From the IMG/VR virus record IMGVR_UViG_3300021077_000161, positions 1 through 57,047 of that record: a stretch of 57,047 nt of DNA; one strand, written 5' to 3'. Origin of the DNA: a virus (lineage: Duplodnaviria > Caudoviricetes). Under the pieces are notes generated by a model. That model did not search any database, had not been told where the DNA came from, and saw only the letters and a program-made list of their open reading frames with translations. A program made the position numbers and the translations under genes. Below, piece after piece: positions 26,465-35,198 of this stretch (position 1 is its first letter; each line of letters begins with the position of its first letter).

Positions 26465-29400
26465 TCAGAACTTGCTTGCGGTCAGGACGGCGTTGTTAAC
26501 ATCGACCGTGCATGTTCCGCCGTCTCCCGTGACGGGTTCATCTGCGGCCATCTGCAGCTCTATGGTGCTACTAGTCCCCACGGAGCCAACGCGGCTAAGC
26601 GACCATCTTTTGCGATATAGATTTTCCAGCTGACTAACATCTATTTCTATCTGCGGTCCTACCAGGGAGCCGGCCACGAGAATACGTGCGTAGACGCGAA
26701 ATGGTGACGAGCTTGTGGCAAACGTGCAAAAGAAAGTGGCATCCCCGGTAATGTGCATATACGCTCCCGCCGCCGTGTACGAAGCCACCGTTACCCAGCC
26801 TGAGCTGTGATGAATGCTTGTTGCGGAGGCAGGGCCTGTGTACATCACAGGCAGCGGTCCTCCGCTCAACGACACTTGCACCTGCCTGTTTGGCGCGCTT
26901 CCTATGATATTTGTCGATATCCCCGCACCGGCTACGACGCGGTTGTAGAGCACGTCAGGAGTATCACCTGACACGGCAACCACCTTTCCGGCGACTGCGG
27001 CCAGATTACTCTGCACCGCCGCCGCTGCACCTGACTGGTCCGCTCCCACGCTTGACCACGTTGGGGCCGCGACGCCCTCTATATGTGTCGTGTCTGTGAA
27101 ACGCGCCCAATTTCCATATGTGCAAGCCCCGCCGCTGCATCCGATGCCGGAGACTGTACCGTTGGTCACGCAAGTAGGAACGCCATTGTCAGTTAGGTAG
27201 GTCATTACCTGCCCAGTGGCGCAAACCGAAGTTGGTTTCCATAGATCCGCAATTCCGTGGCCAGCAAGCGTCAAATTTGGTGCGCTTATGGGTTGATTAA
27301 ACTCAGAGTAGGTATCAGTTATGCGCAAGAATCCGATGCCGCCCTGAAGGTATAGACCAGATGCACTAAACAACTGCAATGCTTTCAGTGTGCGCGTTCC
27401 AAAATCCTCTGCAATTATTTTTGCAGTGTCGTCACTCGCGTACACAAGCACCAGGCGCTTCCCTACGGTCGGGAACGCGTCTGTCCCTTCGCCGATGGCT
27501 ACCGCAGCTTCCACATCAACCCCAGTGCTTGGGTTGTCTTTGATAGAACCCGTCCGCAGCCCGAGTAATCCATTGAACACGGCAACGCTGTCAGCACTGC
27601 CCGTGCCCGTGAGCGTATTGGTCGCCGTGTTCGTCACCGTCGAGCTGATGCCCGTCAGCGAGCCCAGCGCCGTGTTGGTAGTCGTCGACGTTGCTGTCCC
27701 AGTGCCGATTACGCCGATGATACCTCCGCCGAACGTGAGTGTCTGCGTATTCGTCACGGTGCCATTAGCCGAGATTGGCATCTGCGGGCCAAGCACAATC
27801 GCCGTGGTCGTGACCGTGCCGGTGGTCGTCTGCGTGTACGTCATCGACTGCGTGCCAGTCACCGTCTGCGTGCCCGTGGCTGTGTAGGTGTTCGAGGCAG
27901 TGTGCGTGCTTGTCGTCGTCACGGTGCCCGTGCTAGTTGCGGTGCCGGTCACGGTCTGGGTGACTGTGCCTGTGGCCGTGTAGGTGCTGGTCGTTGTGCC
28001 TGTAGCCGTCTGGGTGATCGTGCCTGTCTGTGTCCCGGTCGACGTGGTCGTCCCTGTCTCCGTATGGGTTGAGGTCGAAGTCCATGTTCCCGTGAGTGTC
28101 TGAGTTCCCAGCGCGGTGGCTGTCCAGGTGCTGGTGTCTGTTTGGGTGACGGTGATCGTGTCGGTGCCCAATGCGGTAGATGTGGCCGTGCCCGTCGAAG
28201 TAGTCGTAACAGTAGCCGTGGACGATGACGTGACTGTTGCCGTGCTGATGGCAGTCTGCGTGCCGGTTTGATACGCGGTCCCTGCGCCAGCAGCGACCAC
28301 GCCATTGAGGACCCCCGCGCCCGTTGCTGGTGTCCTGCTGACCCAAGTAGCGCCGCTGTCACCGCTCGTCTGGATTGCAGCTGTGTTGTCCGTGTTCATA
28401 CCGACGGCTACGCAATTGGTCCGCGTGGTGTCGCAGGCGACACCGATGAAGTACCCCGCGCCCGTTGCTGGTGTCCTGCTGACCCAAGTTGCTCCACCGT
28501 CACCGCTCGTCTGGATTGCAGCAGCTGTGTTGTCCGTGTTGTGCCCGACGGCGACGCAAACCCCTCCATCAGTTGTTGTCTGTGTGAGGCTACCTGTCGC
28601 GGTGTAGGTGCTGGTACCTAGTGCAGTGCTGGTCTGCAAGGCTGTCGACGTTTGAATTGCAGTTGAGGTATCCGTCCCCAACGCTGTCCACGTATACGTC
28701 CAAGTGCCAGTACCCGTTCCCGTCCCAGAAATGCTCGCCGCTGTCATAGATGCCGTCGCCGTTACCGTGGCTAGGAATGTGATGTCTGTTGATGTCGAGG
28801 TTCGCGTGACGGTGAAGGTACCACTCCCAGCGTTGGTTTTTAGGTAGGTGGCAGTCATAGTGTGCGTCGCAGTGTTCGTGTTGCTGCCCGTGCCACTCGC
28901 GGTGGCGGTTCCTGTGACTGTTCCCGACACGGTTCCTGTCCCGGTGTCTGTCCCCGTAGCTGTTCCCGTTCCAGTCCCCGTCATTGTGGCTCCAAGGGCT
29001 CCGGTGCCGCTGGCCGTTGCACTCGCCGTTCCTGACAGGGTTGCAGTGGCCGTGATCGTAGCTGTTAATGTGACCGTCGAGACGTTGGTTTTTGTCGTCG
29101 AGACTGTGGCGGTTCCGCTGCCTGTGAATGTACCAGACCGTGAAACGGTAGCGACTGCCGTTGCGGTGGCACTTCCGGTGTTTGTGCCATCTGCAGTGAC
29201 CGAGCCGGTCCCTGTTGCGGTGGATGTGCTGGTAAGGGTATTGGACACCGTGATGGTTGACGAATTTGTGACAGTTGACGAATTGGTAAGGGTATTGGAC
29301 TGAGTCACCGTTCCGGTGAGTGTGACGGTTTCGGTCACCGTACTGACTGCCGTCTCGGTGAATGTTGGCGTCGCGGTCTGCGTTTCCGTGCTTGTATTTG

Positions 29401-30142
29401 TCACCGTCTGCGTAGTGGTGACTGTACTCGTGCCAATTGCAGTCGCTGTGTGTGAGCTGGTCGAGGTGGACGAATTGGTAACAGTGACCGTGTCGTTGTG
29501 GGTGCTCGTGTTGGTCACAGTCGTGGTCGGGGTGTTGGTGACGGTCTGGGTGTTCGTCACCGTGTTAGTCACGGTCGGCGTTGTGGTGCTCGTGACCGTG
29601 TTTGTTGCCGTCAAGGTGTTGGTCACGGTTGGGGTTGTGGTGTTCGTGACCGTGTTGGTGTTCGTGACCGTGTTGGTGGCGGTAGTGGTAGGCGTCGTCG
29701 TTTCGGTGTTGGTATTCGTGACCGTCGAAGTATTGGTCACCGTGCTAGTGCTCGTTAGCGTACTGGTGTTAGTTTGTGAGCCCACGCCCTGCGTGGCACA
29801 AGCCAGGGGGGCGGCGCAGCCTATGGTCGGGTCTGGGAGCATCGTCTGGGGCCAAGCGCCCGATGGAGGCACGCAGGCAATTTGTCCTGGAGTAGGCGTG
29901 CTAGGGCAGTAGTCCGTGTCTGTCTCCGTAGCCGTCCCGCTCGCCGAAAGCGTTTGGACCGTGCCCCGTGGGGTGATGCGGTGGACATCGCGCTGCTGGA
30001 TTGGATCGATCTTGCCGTCTGCCGAGCACAGGTCAGCCGGGTTGCCGTATTCTCCACCGGGGCAGGTCTGCGTCCAAGCAACGCTTCCCCAACTTAAAGA
30101 AACCAAAAGCAACCCAACGATAATACACTTTACCTTATTCAT
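26465..30142 (-). CDS. Large Thr-rich protein with signal peptide, Asp-box repeats and fibre-like C-terminus
   Basis: MNKVKCIIVGLLLVSLSWGSVA signal; ~700 aa of T-x-T-x repeats; SGDGGATW/SGDSGATW; GC-rich. Confidence 0.75.
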   Translation of the reverse strand: MNKVKCIIVGLLLVSLSWGSVAWTQTCPGGEYGNPADLCSADGKIDPIQQRDVHRITPRGTVQTLSASGTATETDTDYCPSTPTPGQIACVPPSGAWPQTMLPDPTIGCAAPLACATQGVGSQTNTSTLTSTSTVTNTSTVTNTNTETTTPTTTATNTVTNTNTVTNTTTPTVTNTLTATNTVTSTTTPTVTNTVTNTQTVTNTPTTTVTNTSTHNDTVTVTNSSTSTSSHTATAIGTSTVTTTQTVTNTSTETQTATPTFTETAVSTVTETVTLTGTVTQSNTLTNSSTVTNSSTITVSNTLTSTSTATGTGSVTADGTNTGSATATAVATVSRSGTFTGSGTATVSTTKTNVSTVTLTATITATATLSGTASATASGTGALGATMTGTGTGTATGTDTGTGTVSGTVTGTATASGTGSNTNTATHTMTATYLKTNAGSGTFTVTRTSTSTDITFLATVTATASMTAASISGTGTGTGTWTYTWTALGTDTSTAIQTSTALQTSTALGTSTYTATGSLTQTTTDGGVCVAVGHNTDNTAAAIQTSGDGGATWVSRTPATGAGYFIGVACDTTRTNCVAVGMNTDNTAAIQTSGDSGATWVSRTPATGAGVLNGVVAAGAGTAYQTGTQTAISTATVTSSSTATVTTTSTGTATSTALGTDTITVTQTDTSTWTATALGTQTLTGTWTSTSTHTETGTTTSTGTQTGTITQTATGTTTSTYTATGTVTQTVTGTATSTGTVTTTSTHTASNTYTATGTQTVTGTQSMTYTQTTTGTVTTTAIVLGPQMPISANGTVTNTQTLTFGGGIIGVIGTGTATSTTTNTALGSLTGISSTVTNTATNTLTGTGSADSVAVFNGLLGLRTGSIKDNPSTGVDVEAAVAIGEGTDAFPTVGKRLVLVYASDDTAKIIAEDFGTRTLKALQLFSASGLYLQGGIGFLRITDTYSEFNQPISAPNLTLAGHGIADLWKPTSVCATGQVMTYLTDNGVPTCVTNGTVSGIGCSGGACTYGNWARFTDTTHIEGVAAPTWSSVGADQSGAAAAVQSNLAAVAGKVVAVSGDTPDVLYNRVVAGAGISTNIIGSAPNRQVQVSLSGGPLPVMYTGPASATSIHHSSGWVTVASYTAAGAYMHITGDATFFCTFATSSSPFRVYARILVAGSLVGPQIEIDVSQLENLYRKRWSLSRVGSVGTSSTIELQMAADEPVTGDGGTCTVDVNNAVLTASKF
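28313..28555 (-). repeat. 141-bp tandem duplication encoding BNR/Asp-box repeats
   Basis: CCCCGCGCCCGTTGCTGGTGTCCTGCTGACCCAAGT at 28313 and 28454. Confidence 0.85.
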
Positions 30143-30161
30143 ATATAATACCTCGCGTTAA

Positions 30162-32210
30162 TTATGTAGCAATTGGGTAACTTTGATAGCTAACCAATCT
30201 CCATCTGTTTTCAGTTAAATCCAAGCGATAAACAAGTTCTGTAGGATATTTAAAACCATGCATTTTACCTGTCCCAGAAGGATCAACGTCATTAGCTAAG
30301 GGCAAATAATTACTATAACCTGGGGTATTAGATCCACTATGAACGTTTATAAGATTGTTAGGGGCTGCGTTTATTATGTAAACCCCCATAGTAAAGCCAT
30401 CTGGTATACTTGTTCCATCTGACCATTTTTTAGAAATTCCATAAAAATCATTTGAAGCCGCAGTAAGTCGTATGTAGTCAGAATAGTCCCCATTTGTCTT
30501 TAAACTAGGAACCAACCACCCTCCAGACACATCTGATGCGTCAATCGCTGAATAAAGAGAACTGTTAGGATGCTGTAAGACAAAGCTTCTATGGCTTAGT
30601 TGATCATGGGCTCCTGTAGCGATTCCAGTGATGGGCATCTGGAATGGGACAGTAATTTTTGATCCCCAGTTTGGTCCACCAATTTTTGCGTGAATCGTAA
30701 CAGAGTCTGTACAAGTAGAACTTAGCTCAACCGTAGCAATTAGTTGATCCGTAGTAGATATAGCGTATGAAGCACCTAAAAACGTAAACGATATAGGGTT
30801 AGGCATTATACTGTAAATAGGAGAAGATGAAGCTTCGAATAACAATGACGTTCCAGAGCCCCAATATCGCCTTATTGCTACTTTTAAGAAAACACTCCCA
30901 TTAGGGGGATATGAATCAAGTAAAACAGACTCAAAATCAAATAGCCAAGGTCCTGCTGGAATTACGTTTACGCCAGGAGTGCCTATAATAGTTGTAAAAT
31001 CTTTAAGAATAAAGTTGTCATTGGTAACCGTTCCAGTCGCGTCATAGGTGTTTTTAGCCCCAAGAGCAGTTAACTGTGAACGAGTACATAAATCATAAAC
31101 GGGATCTATTCCAGGTGGTGCAGAATCTGAAACGGTCCAGGATTGCTCCGTTCCACCATCCTCTAAATAAACAGGCGGAGCGCTGTTAAACGTAATATAT
31201 TTGTTTCCGTATACATTACCTGTTGCAATGTAAAAAGTAAGGCCTTTAACAAATGCACTTCCCGTTATATATCCAGGCATTCTGCGTATTCGAGCATGAG
31301 TATTAACCTGAGCGTAATATGGGGTGCCGTCATCTGCTACGCGGCGCTCCATATGCAGACCTATGTCTTCTATTGTATAAGGACCGAATCTTGGTGTATC
31401 GTACTGCAAGGGCGGCGATTGCGGAGGCAGCTCATAGCCCATAAAATTTAGGCCAACAAGATTACAGCCTGTATTATCTATTACGGGAGTTATTCCATCC
31501 AAATCATCTAAGGTTAAAGCCCCTATAATAGAACGTTCATACACGCCTGGTTGGCTGGGTACAATACTCCAACCGACATCACTGCTAACAGCAGAATTAA
31601 GGTTAACAACACAAGTAAGTTTGCCTCCATAATTAGGATTGTCTAATTCAGCATAAAAAAGCTCTGTGGCCGCCTGTTCTGGGGTTATTATTTTTTCTGG
31701 ATGTTGATGTTTTGCATCACTTACTTCACCTGAATTACCAGGATCCCCAACCCCTCCATCTGTTGTAGGGATCAAATCACTTATTTTGGGCGAAGTTATC
31801 CTTACTAAAGGCTTTGCATTAGAAGAATCAACGTCTATAGTCGTCCCCCCAGACCCTTCTAATTCGTTAAATAAAGGGCCATGGGTAGTATCTGTTGAAG
31901 TGGCCTTTACTTCATGATCGTCAATACCTAAAACTAGTTGATCGATAGTTTCTAGGGTTTTTTGAACATCTGTATCTAAAATATTTAAATTTTTAGTAAA
32001 TACGGTTGAGTCTACACTAATAGCGGTAGATGGATGTTGGTCAGGTAAATCTCGGTTTATTAATTGACTATGGTCTCCTGAACCGTCATCCCAGATTAAC
32101 GCCTTAGCCACTTCCATCCAATAGCTTTGACTTCGTATGCCAGTGTCAAAACCGCCAGCGGACAAAAAATACAAGATACGTTTTGCAAGTGTTACAGGAT
32201 CCATATGCAT
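30162..32210 (-). CDS. Putative tail fibre/virion structural protein
   Basis: DHSQLINRD..DQHP repeated as HDQLSHR..QHP; SDAKHQH fibre motif; adjacent to baseplate genes. Confidence 0.6.
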   Translation of the reverse strand: MHMDPVTLAKRILYFLSAGGFDTGIRSQSYWMEVAKALIWDDGSGDHSQLINRDLPDQHPSTAISVDSTVFTKNLNILDTDVQKTLETIDQLVLGIDDHEVKATSTDTTHGPLFNELEGSGGTTIDVDSSNAKPLVRITSPKISDLIPTTDGGVGDPGNSGEVSDAKHQHPEKIITPEQAATELFYAELDNPNYGGKLTCVVNLNSAVSSDVGWSIVPSQPGVYERSIIGALTLDDLDGITPVIDNTGCNLVGLNFMGYELPPQSPPLQYDTPRFGPYTIEDIGLHMERRVADDGTPYYAQVNTHARIRRMPGYITGSAFVKGLTFYIATGNVYGNKYITFNSAPPVYLEDGGTEQSWTVSDSAPPGIDPVYDLCTRSQLTALGAKNTYDATGTVTNDNFILKDFTTIIGTPGVNVIPAGPWLFDFESVLLDSYPPNGSVFLKVAIRRYWGSGTSLLFEASSSPIYSIMPNPISFTFLGASYAISTTDQLIATVELSSTCTDSVTIHAKIGGPNWGSKITVPFQMPITGIATGAHDQLSHRSFVLQHPNSSLYSAIDASDVSGGWLVPSLKTNGDYSDYIRLTAASNDFYGISKKWSDGTSIPDGFTMGVYIINAAPNNLINVHSGSNTPGYSNYLPLANDVDPSGTGKMHGFKYPTELVYRLDLTENRWRLVSYQSYPIAT

Positions 32211-32334
32211 GGTTAGCCTGCCTCTTGTGTTTTATGGTTTGAGGTGTAGAGTTTAGAACAAACCTTTAACACAACGCTTTCTAACAAAGCAGTTTGTTCT
32301 ATAAGAGCCTCGCACATACCCGTAAGATTGTTGC

Positions 32335-33246
32335 TTAAGCTACTTTAACGCTAGGAGACAAAACAGAAATCAAAGAGCCAGAAGCGGCTGATAACGCGGC
32401 TTGTTGTGGAGGGGTGGGGAGTGTTGGTGCTATAATTCCAAAAGCCAACCCTAACACCTGTACTAAAGATTCACCCAAAACAGCAGATTGAGAAGCATTA
32501 GACCCTATATTAGTGCTTGTAGAGTTTAGGTTGGTTACGCTTGAGTTTACGTTTACGGTGTCAGCTTCTATATTTGCTTCTTTGGTTTTTACTGTAACCG
32601 AACTAGAGCTATCAATAGTTATAGAACCTTCTTTATGATTCACCAAGACAGAACACTTGTCATTAGGAGTGCTTACTTTAAAATTTCCATTAGCTTCTAC
32701 TTTAACAGTAGTACCAGAGCCTTCTTTGTCTGCGTTTTTGTCTAAGTCGCCTAAGTTGTCGGTTTTTCCCTTATTAACAATAGACCAAGACCCATCATCA
32801 AAAACCTGGAAGTTAACTCCATTGAATTCAAGTTCTTTATGAATTCCTGTAGAAGCATCTTTTCTTTGTTGAGGTCCACCGATTATAATAGCTCTAGCGT
32901 CATTGCCTTCTACGCAAAGTATAAAAACCCTAGAACCATTACCTAATTTAAAGTCTTGTTTGTCAGAAACTCTAAGGGCTGTATCTGAGTGATCTGCTAA
33001 CCCACAAAGGGAATTAAGGACCATACAGTGATGATACGTACGATGCGTTGCGCTACCACCTTCATAATGCTGCACAAGGACTTCGTATTCTCTATACAGC
33101 TTAGAATAAGACTCTTTGTCAGTAGGTAATATTTCTCTCTTGACTTCGCCAAACCTTAGCTTTATATTTCCGTTGGGTAAATTGCCACCTATAGGAATAT
33201 CCCCTAAAATATGTGTTGTGTAAATAGATGATACTGTTTCAGGCAT
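32335..33246 (-). CDS. Baseplate spike (gpV/gp5-like OB fold + beta-helix)
   Basis: GSRVFILCVEG..AIIIGG OB motif, serial beta-strands, AVLGE..L C-terminus; follows hub gene. Confidence 0.7.
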   Translation of the reverse strand: MPETVSSIYTTHILGDIPIGGNLPNGNIKLRFGEVKREILPTDKESYSKLYREYEVLVQHYEGGSATHRTYHHCMVLNSLCGLADHSDTALRVSDKQDFKLGNGSRVFILCVEGNDARAIIIGGPQQRKDASTGIHKELEFNGVNFQVFDDGSWSIVNKGKTDNLGDLDKNADKEGSGTTVKVEANGNFKVSTPNDKCSVLVNHKEGSITIDSSSSVTVKTKEANIEADTVNVNSSVTNLNSTSTNIGSNASQSAVLGESLVQVLGLAFGIIAPTLPTPPQQAALSAASGSLISVLSPSVKVA

Positions 33247-35198
33247 TAACTATTCTCCACAACCATGCCAGGGTTCAGTTTAGTAGAAAACAAGTCGTCT
33301 CCAGCTTGTTTTACACCATTGGCAAAACTCAAAGGTTTCATTCCGGCATATCTAGGAGACACTGAATTACCCTCTCCTTGGTCTACTGGGATTCCGTGAG
33401 TAACATTCAAGGTTGTGTTAAAGTATTTGATTCCTCCGTTTACTCCACAAGTATGACTCAAGCTGTTAATATGAAGAGCTATTCCATCAATTTCAATATT
33501 ATCGCCTTCAGCAATCGGGCTTTGGATTCCAAAACAATTAACAGTCCCATTTAAGGTATATTGAACCCCCATGTTCCAGTCCGCTATAGCTTCCATCCAT
33601 GCAGTTCCACGCCCTTCGGTCATAACGTCTGTAATAGATTGCATTACAGAGTGCATGTATGGCTTGATACCCGATCTAGCCATATCAACAACATCTGCTA
33701 TTGGTGGGTTATGGCTCATTTGTGCTGGAATACTATATTCTTGTTCTTGGTGATAAATATCTAAATTGCCATAAACGTGGATAAAATTCCAGTGCGCTGT
33801 GTTAGAACGCCCAAGGTCTAAATTAGTCACAAGTGCAGAAGGTATTTTCCATCTAGGCATTGACAAAAACCTAGTTAATGGCATACTAGGGTCTTCTTGT
33901 ATTGCGTTTGAACTAAAAGGTATCTGCCTAAAAACTATCGTAGGCGTTATATCGCCCCACACATCTGGTCTAAGACACGTATACATCTCATTGATAGTTG
34001 GGTTCTTAAAGGTGTTTAAAAAACCCCAGAGAGGAGTGTTTACAAATGACTGTTCAATAGGAATATAAGTGCCTTTAATTCTTTCGTGACACATAAGGCG
34101 GTTTTTAAACGACTTATAAAAGTCAATGTCTGGAACAAACCCATGGTGGAACTGATCGTCTGTGGGGCTATATTTTTGAACCCCTGTAAGTAAAGTTAAT
34201 AAATCACCGTACCCATAAGCTTGATGCCCAAACCCATCTCCCTTACGCTCATCTACAGCAGTTCTCCCTAGCGTAGTTGCTACGTTTAAGGGAACTAAAT
34301 AAGCGTAAGGAGCTTCGCCGTTTTGTTGAGGTGAGGGTTTTAGATTAGATCCTATAATTTCCGAAGGCTTGTTGACTATAGGATTCTTTGCTTTTCCAAC
34401 AACTAAATCTAAAAACCCCGTTAGAAGAGCCTCTGCATTATCTTTTATTTGCCCTGCGCTAGAATTTAGATTGCTTAACCAAGAGTTTACATCTTGGCCT
34501 ATTTGTCCCATGAACTGCCAGATATCAGTTAATGACTCTACGCTTCCTAATGCTGGATCGTAAAAGAAAATAGTTGACAATTCATCAAAACCAACTCCTT
34601 GTAAACTATAGGTAACAGTTTTTACCCCATTGGTATCTACTCTTAGGTTCTTTCTTATATCGTGAACCCTACCAACAAATTTAAGACCTGAATTAAAATC
34701 ATTGGCGGCTTCACCTTTTTGGAGAGCTTTTATAATTTTAGCAGTATCGTTGGGATTTGTGTGCATCCAGGACATTAACCAATCTCCAGGGAGCATTGCG
34801 TTAGCTGAGAGGTAGTTGGTGTCGCCCTTTAAAATAGCATTCAATGTTTTAACGCAACTGTCCTTAGCTCCAGATACTGACATTTGAATACAGTCAGAAG
34901 TAATAATAAGAGGAGGAGACTTCCTAGATATTGCCCCAGATATAGGAGTCACTGAAGAAAGAGAGCCCCTTTCTAGCCTAGAGTAGGTAATCGGACTCCC
35001 TAATCTAAAAACCGCAATACACCAAGATGGGCTAGCGTCAAATTCTTGCCCCCCCTCGTTTTTGTAATCTTTGCCGATATCATAGACAACCCCACCCTCA
35101 ACAGACGTTATTGTTTCACTGCCATCTATATCAGGCGTGTCGCTTCTAAGGTTTTCTAGAAAAAAATCTTCGCTCTCTACATCTAAAGGTATTGCCAT
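33246..35198 (-). CDS. Baseplate hub / tail protein
   Basis: Between tape measure and spike; NEMY..IVFRQIPF; C-terminal GTV..G..IAEGD..HINSLSH..TTLNVTHG. Confidence 0.65.
   Translation of the reverse strand: MAIPLDVESEDFFLENLRSDTPDIDGSETITSVEGGVVYDIGKDYKNEGGQEFDASPSWCIAVFRLGSPITYSRLERGSLSSVTPISGAISRKSPPLIITSDCIQMSVSGAKDSCVKTLNAILKGDTNYLSANAMLPGDWLMSWMHTNPNDTAKIIKALQKGEAANDFNSGLKFVGRVHDIRKNLRVDTNGVKTVTYSLQGVGFDELSTIFFYDPALGSVESLTDIWQFMGQIGQDVNSWLSNLNSSAGQIKDNAEALLTGFLDLVVGKAKNPIVNKPSEIIGSNLKPSPQQNGEAPYAYLVPLNVATTLGRTAVDERKGDGFGHQAYGYGDLLTLLTGVQKYSPTDDQFHHGFVPDIDFYKSFKNRLMCHERIKGTYIPIEQSFVNTPLWGFLNTFKNPTINEMYTCLRPDVWGDITPTIVFRQIPFSSNAIQEDPSMPLTRFLSMPRWKIPSALVTNLDLGRSNTAHWNFIHVYGNLDIYHQEQEYSIPAQMSHNPPIADVVDMARSGIKPYMHSVMQSITDVMTEGRGTAWMEAIADWNMGVQYTLNGTVNCFGIQSPIAEGDNIEIDGIALHINSLSHTCGVNGGIKYFNTTLNVTHGIPVDQGEGNSVSPRYAGMKPLSFANGVKQAGDDLFSTKLNPGMVVENS

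Noticed and set aside
28313-28555. Possible CRISPR array or DGR template/variable repeat pair
   Set aside because: Only two in-frame coding repeats, no spacer pattern, and no cas or reverse transcriptase gene in the window
27390-29912. Long Val-rich plus-strand ORFs
   Set aside because: Antisense shadows of the Thr-rich (ACN) codons of 26465-30142
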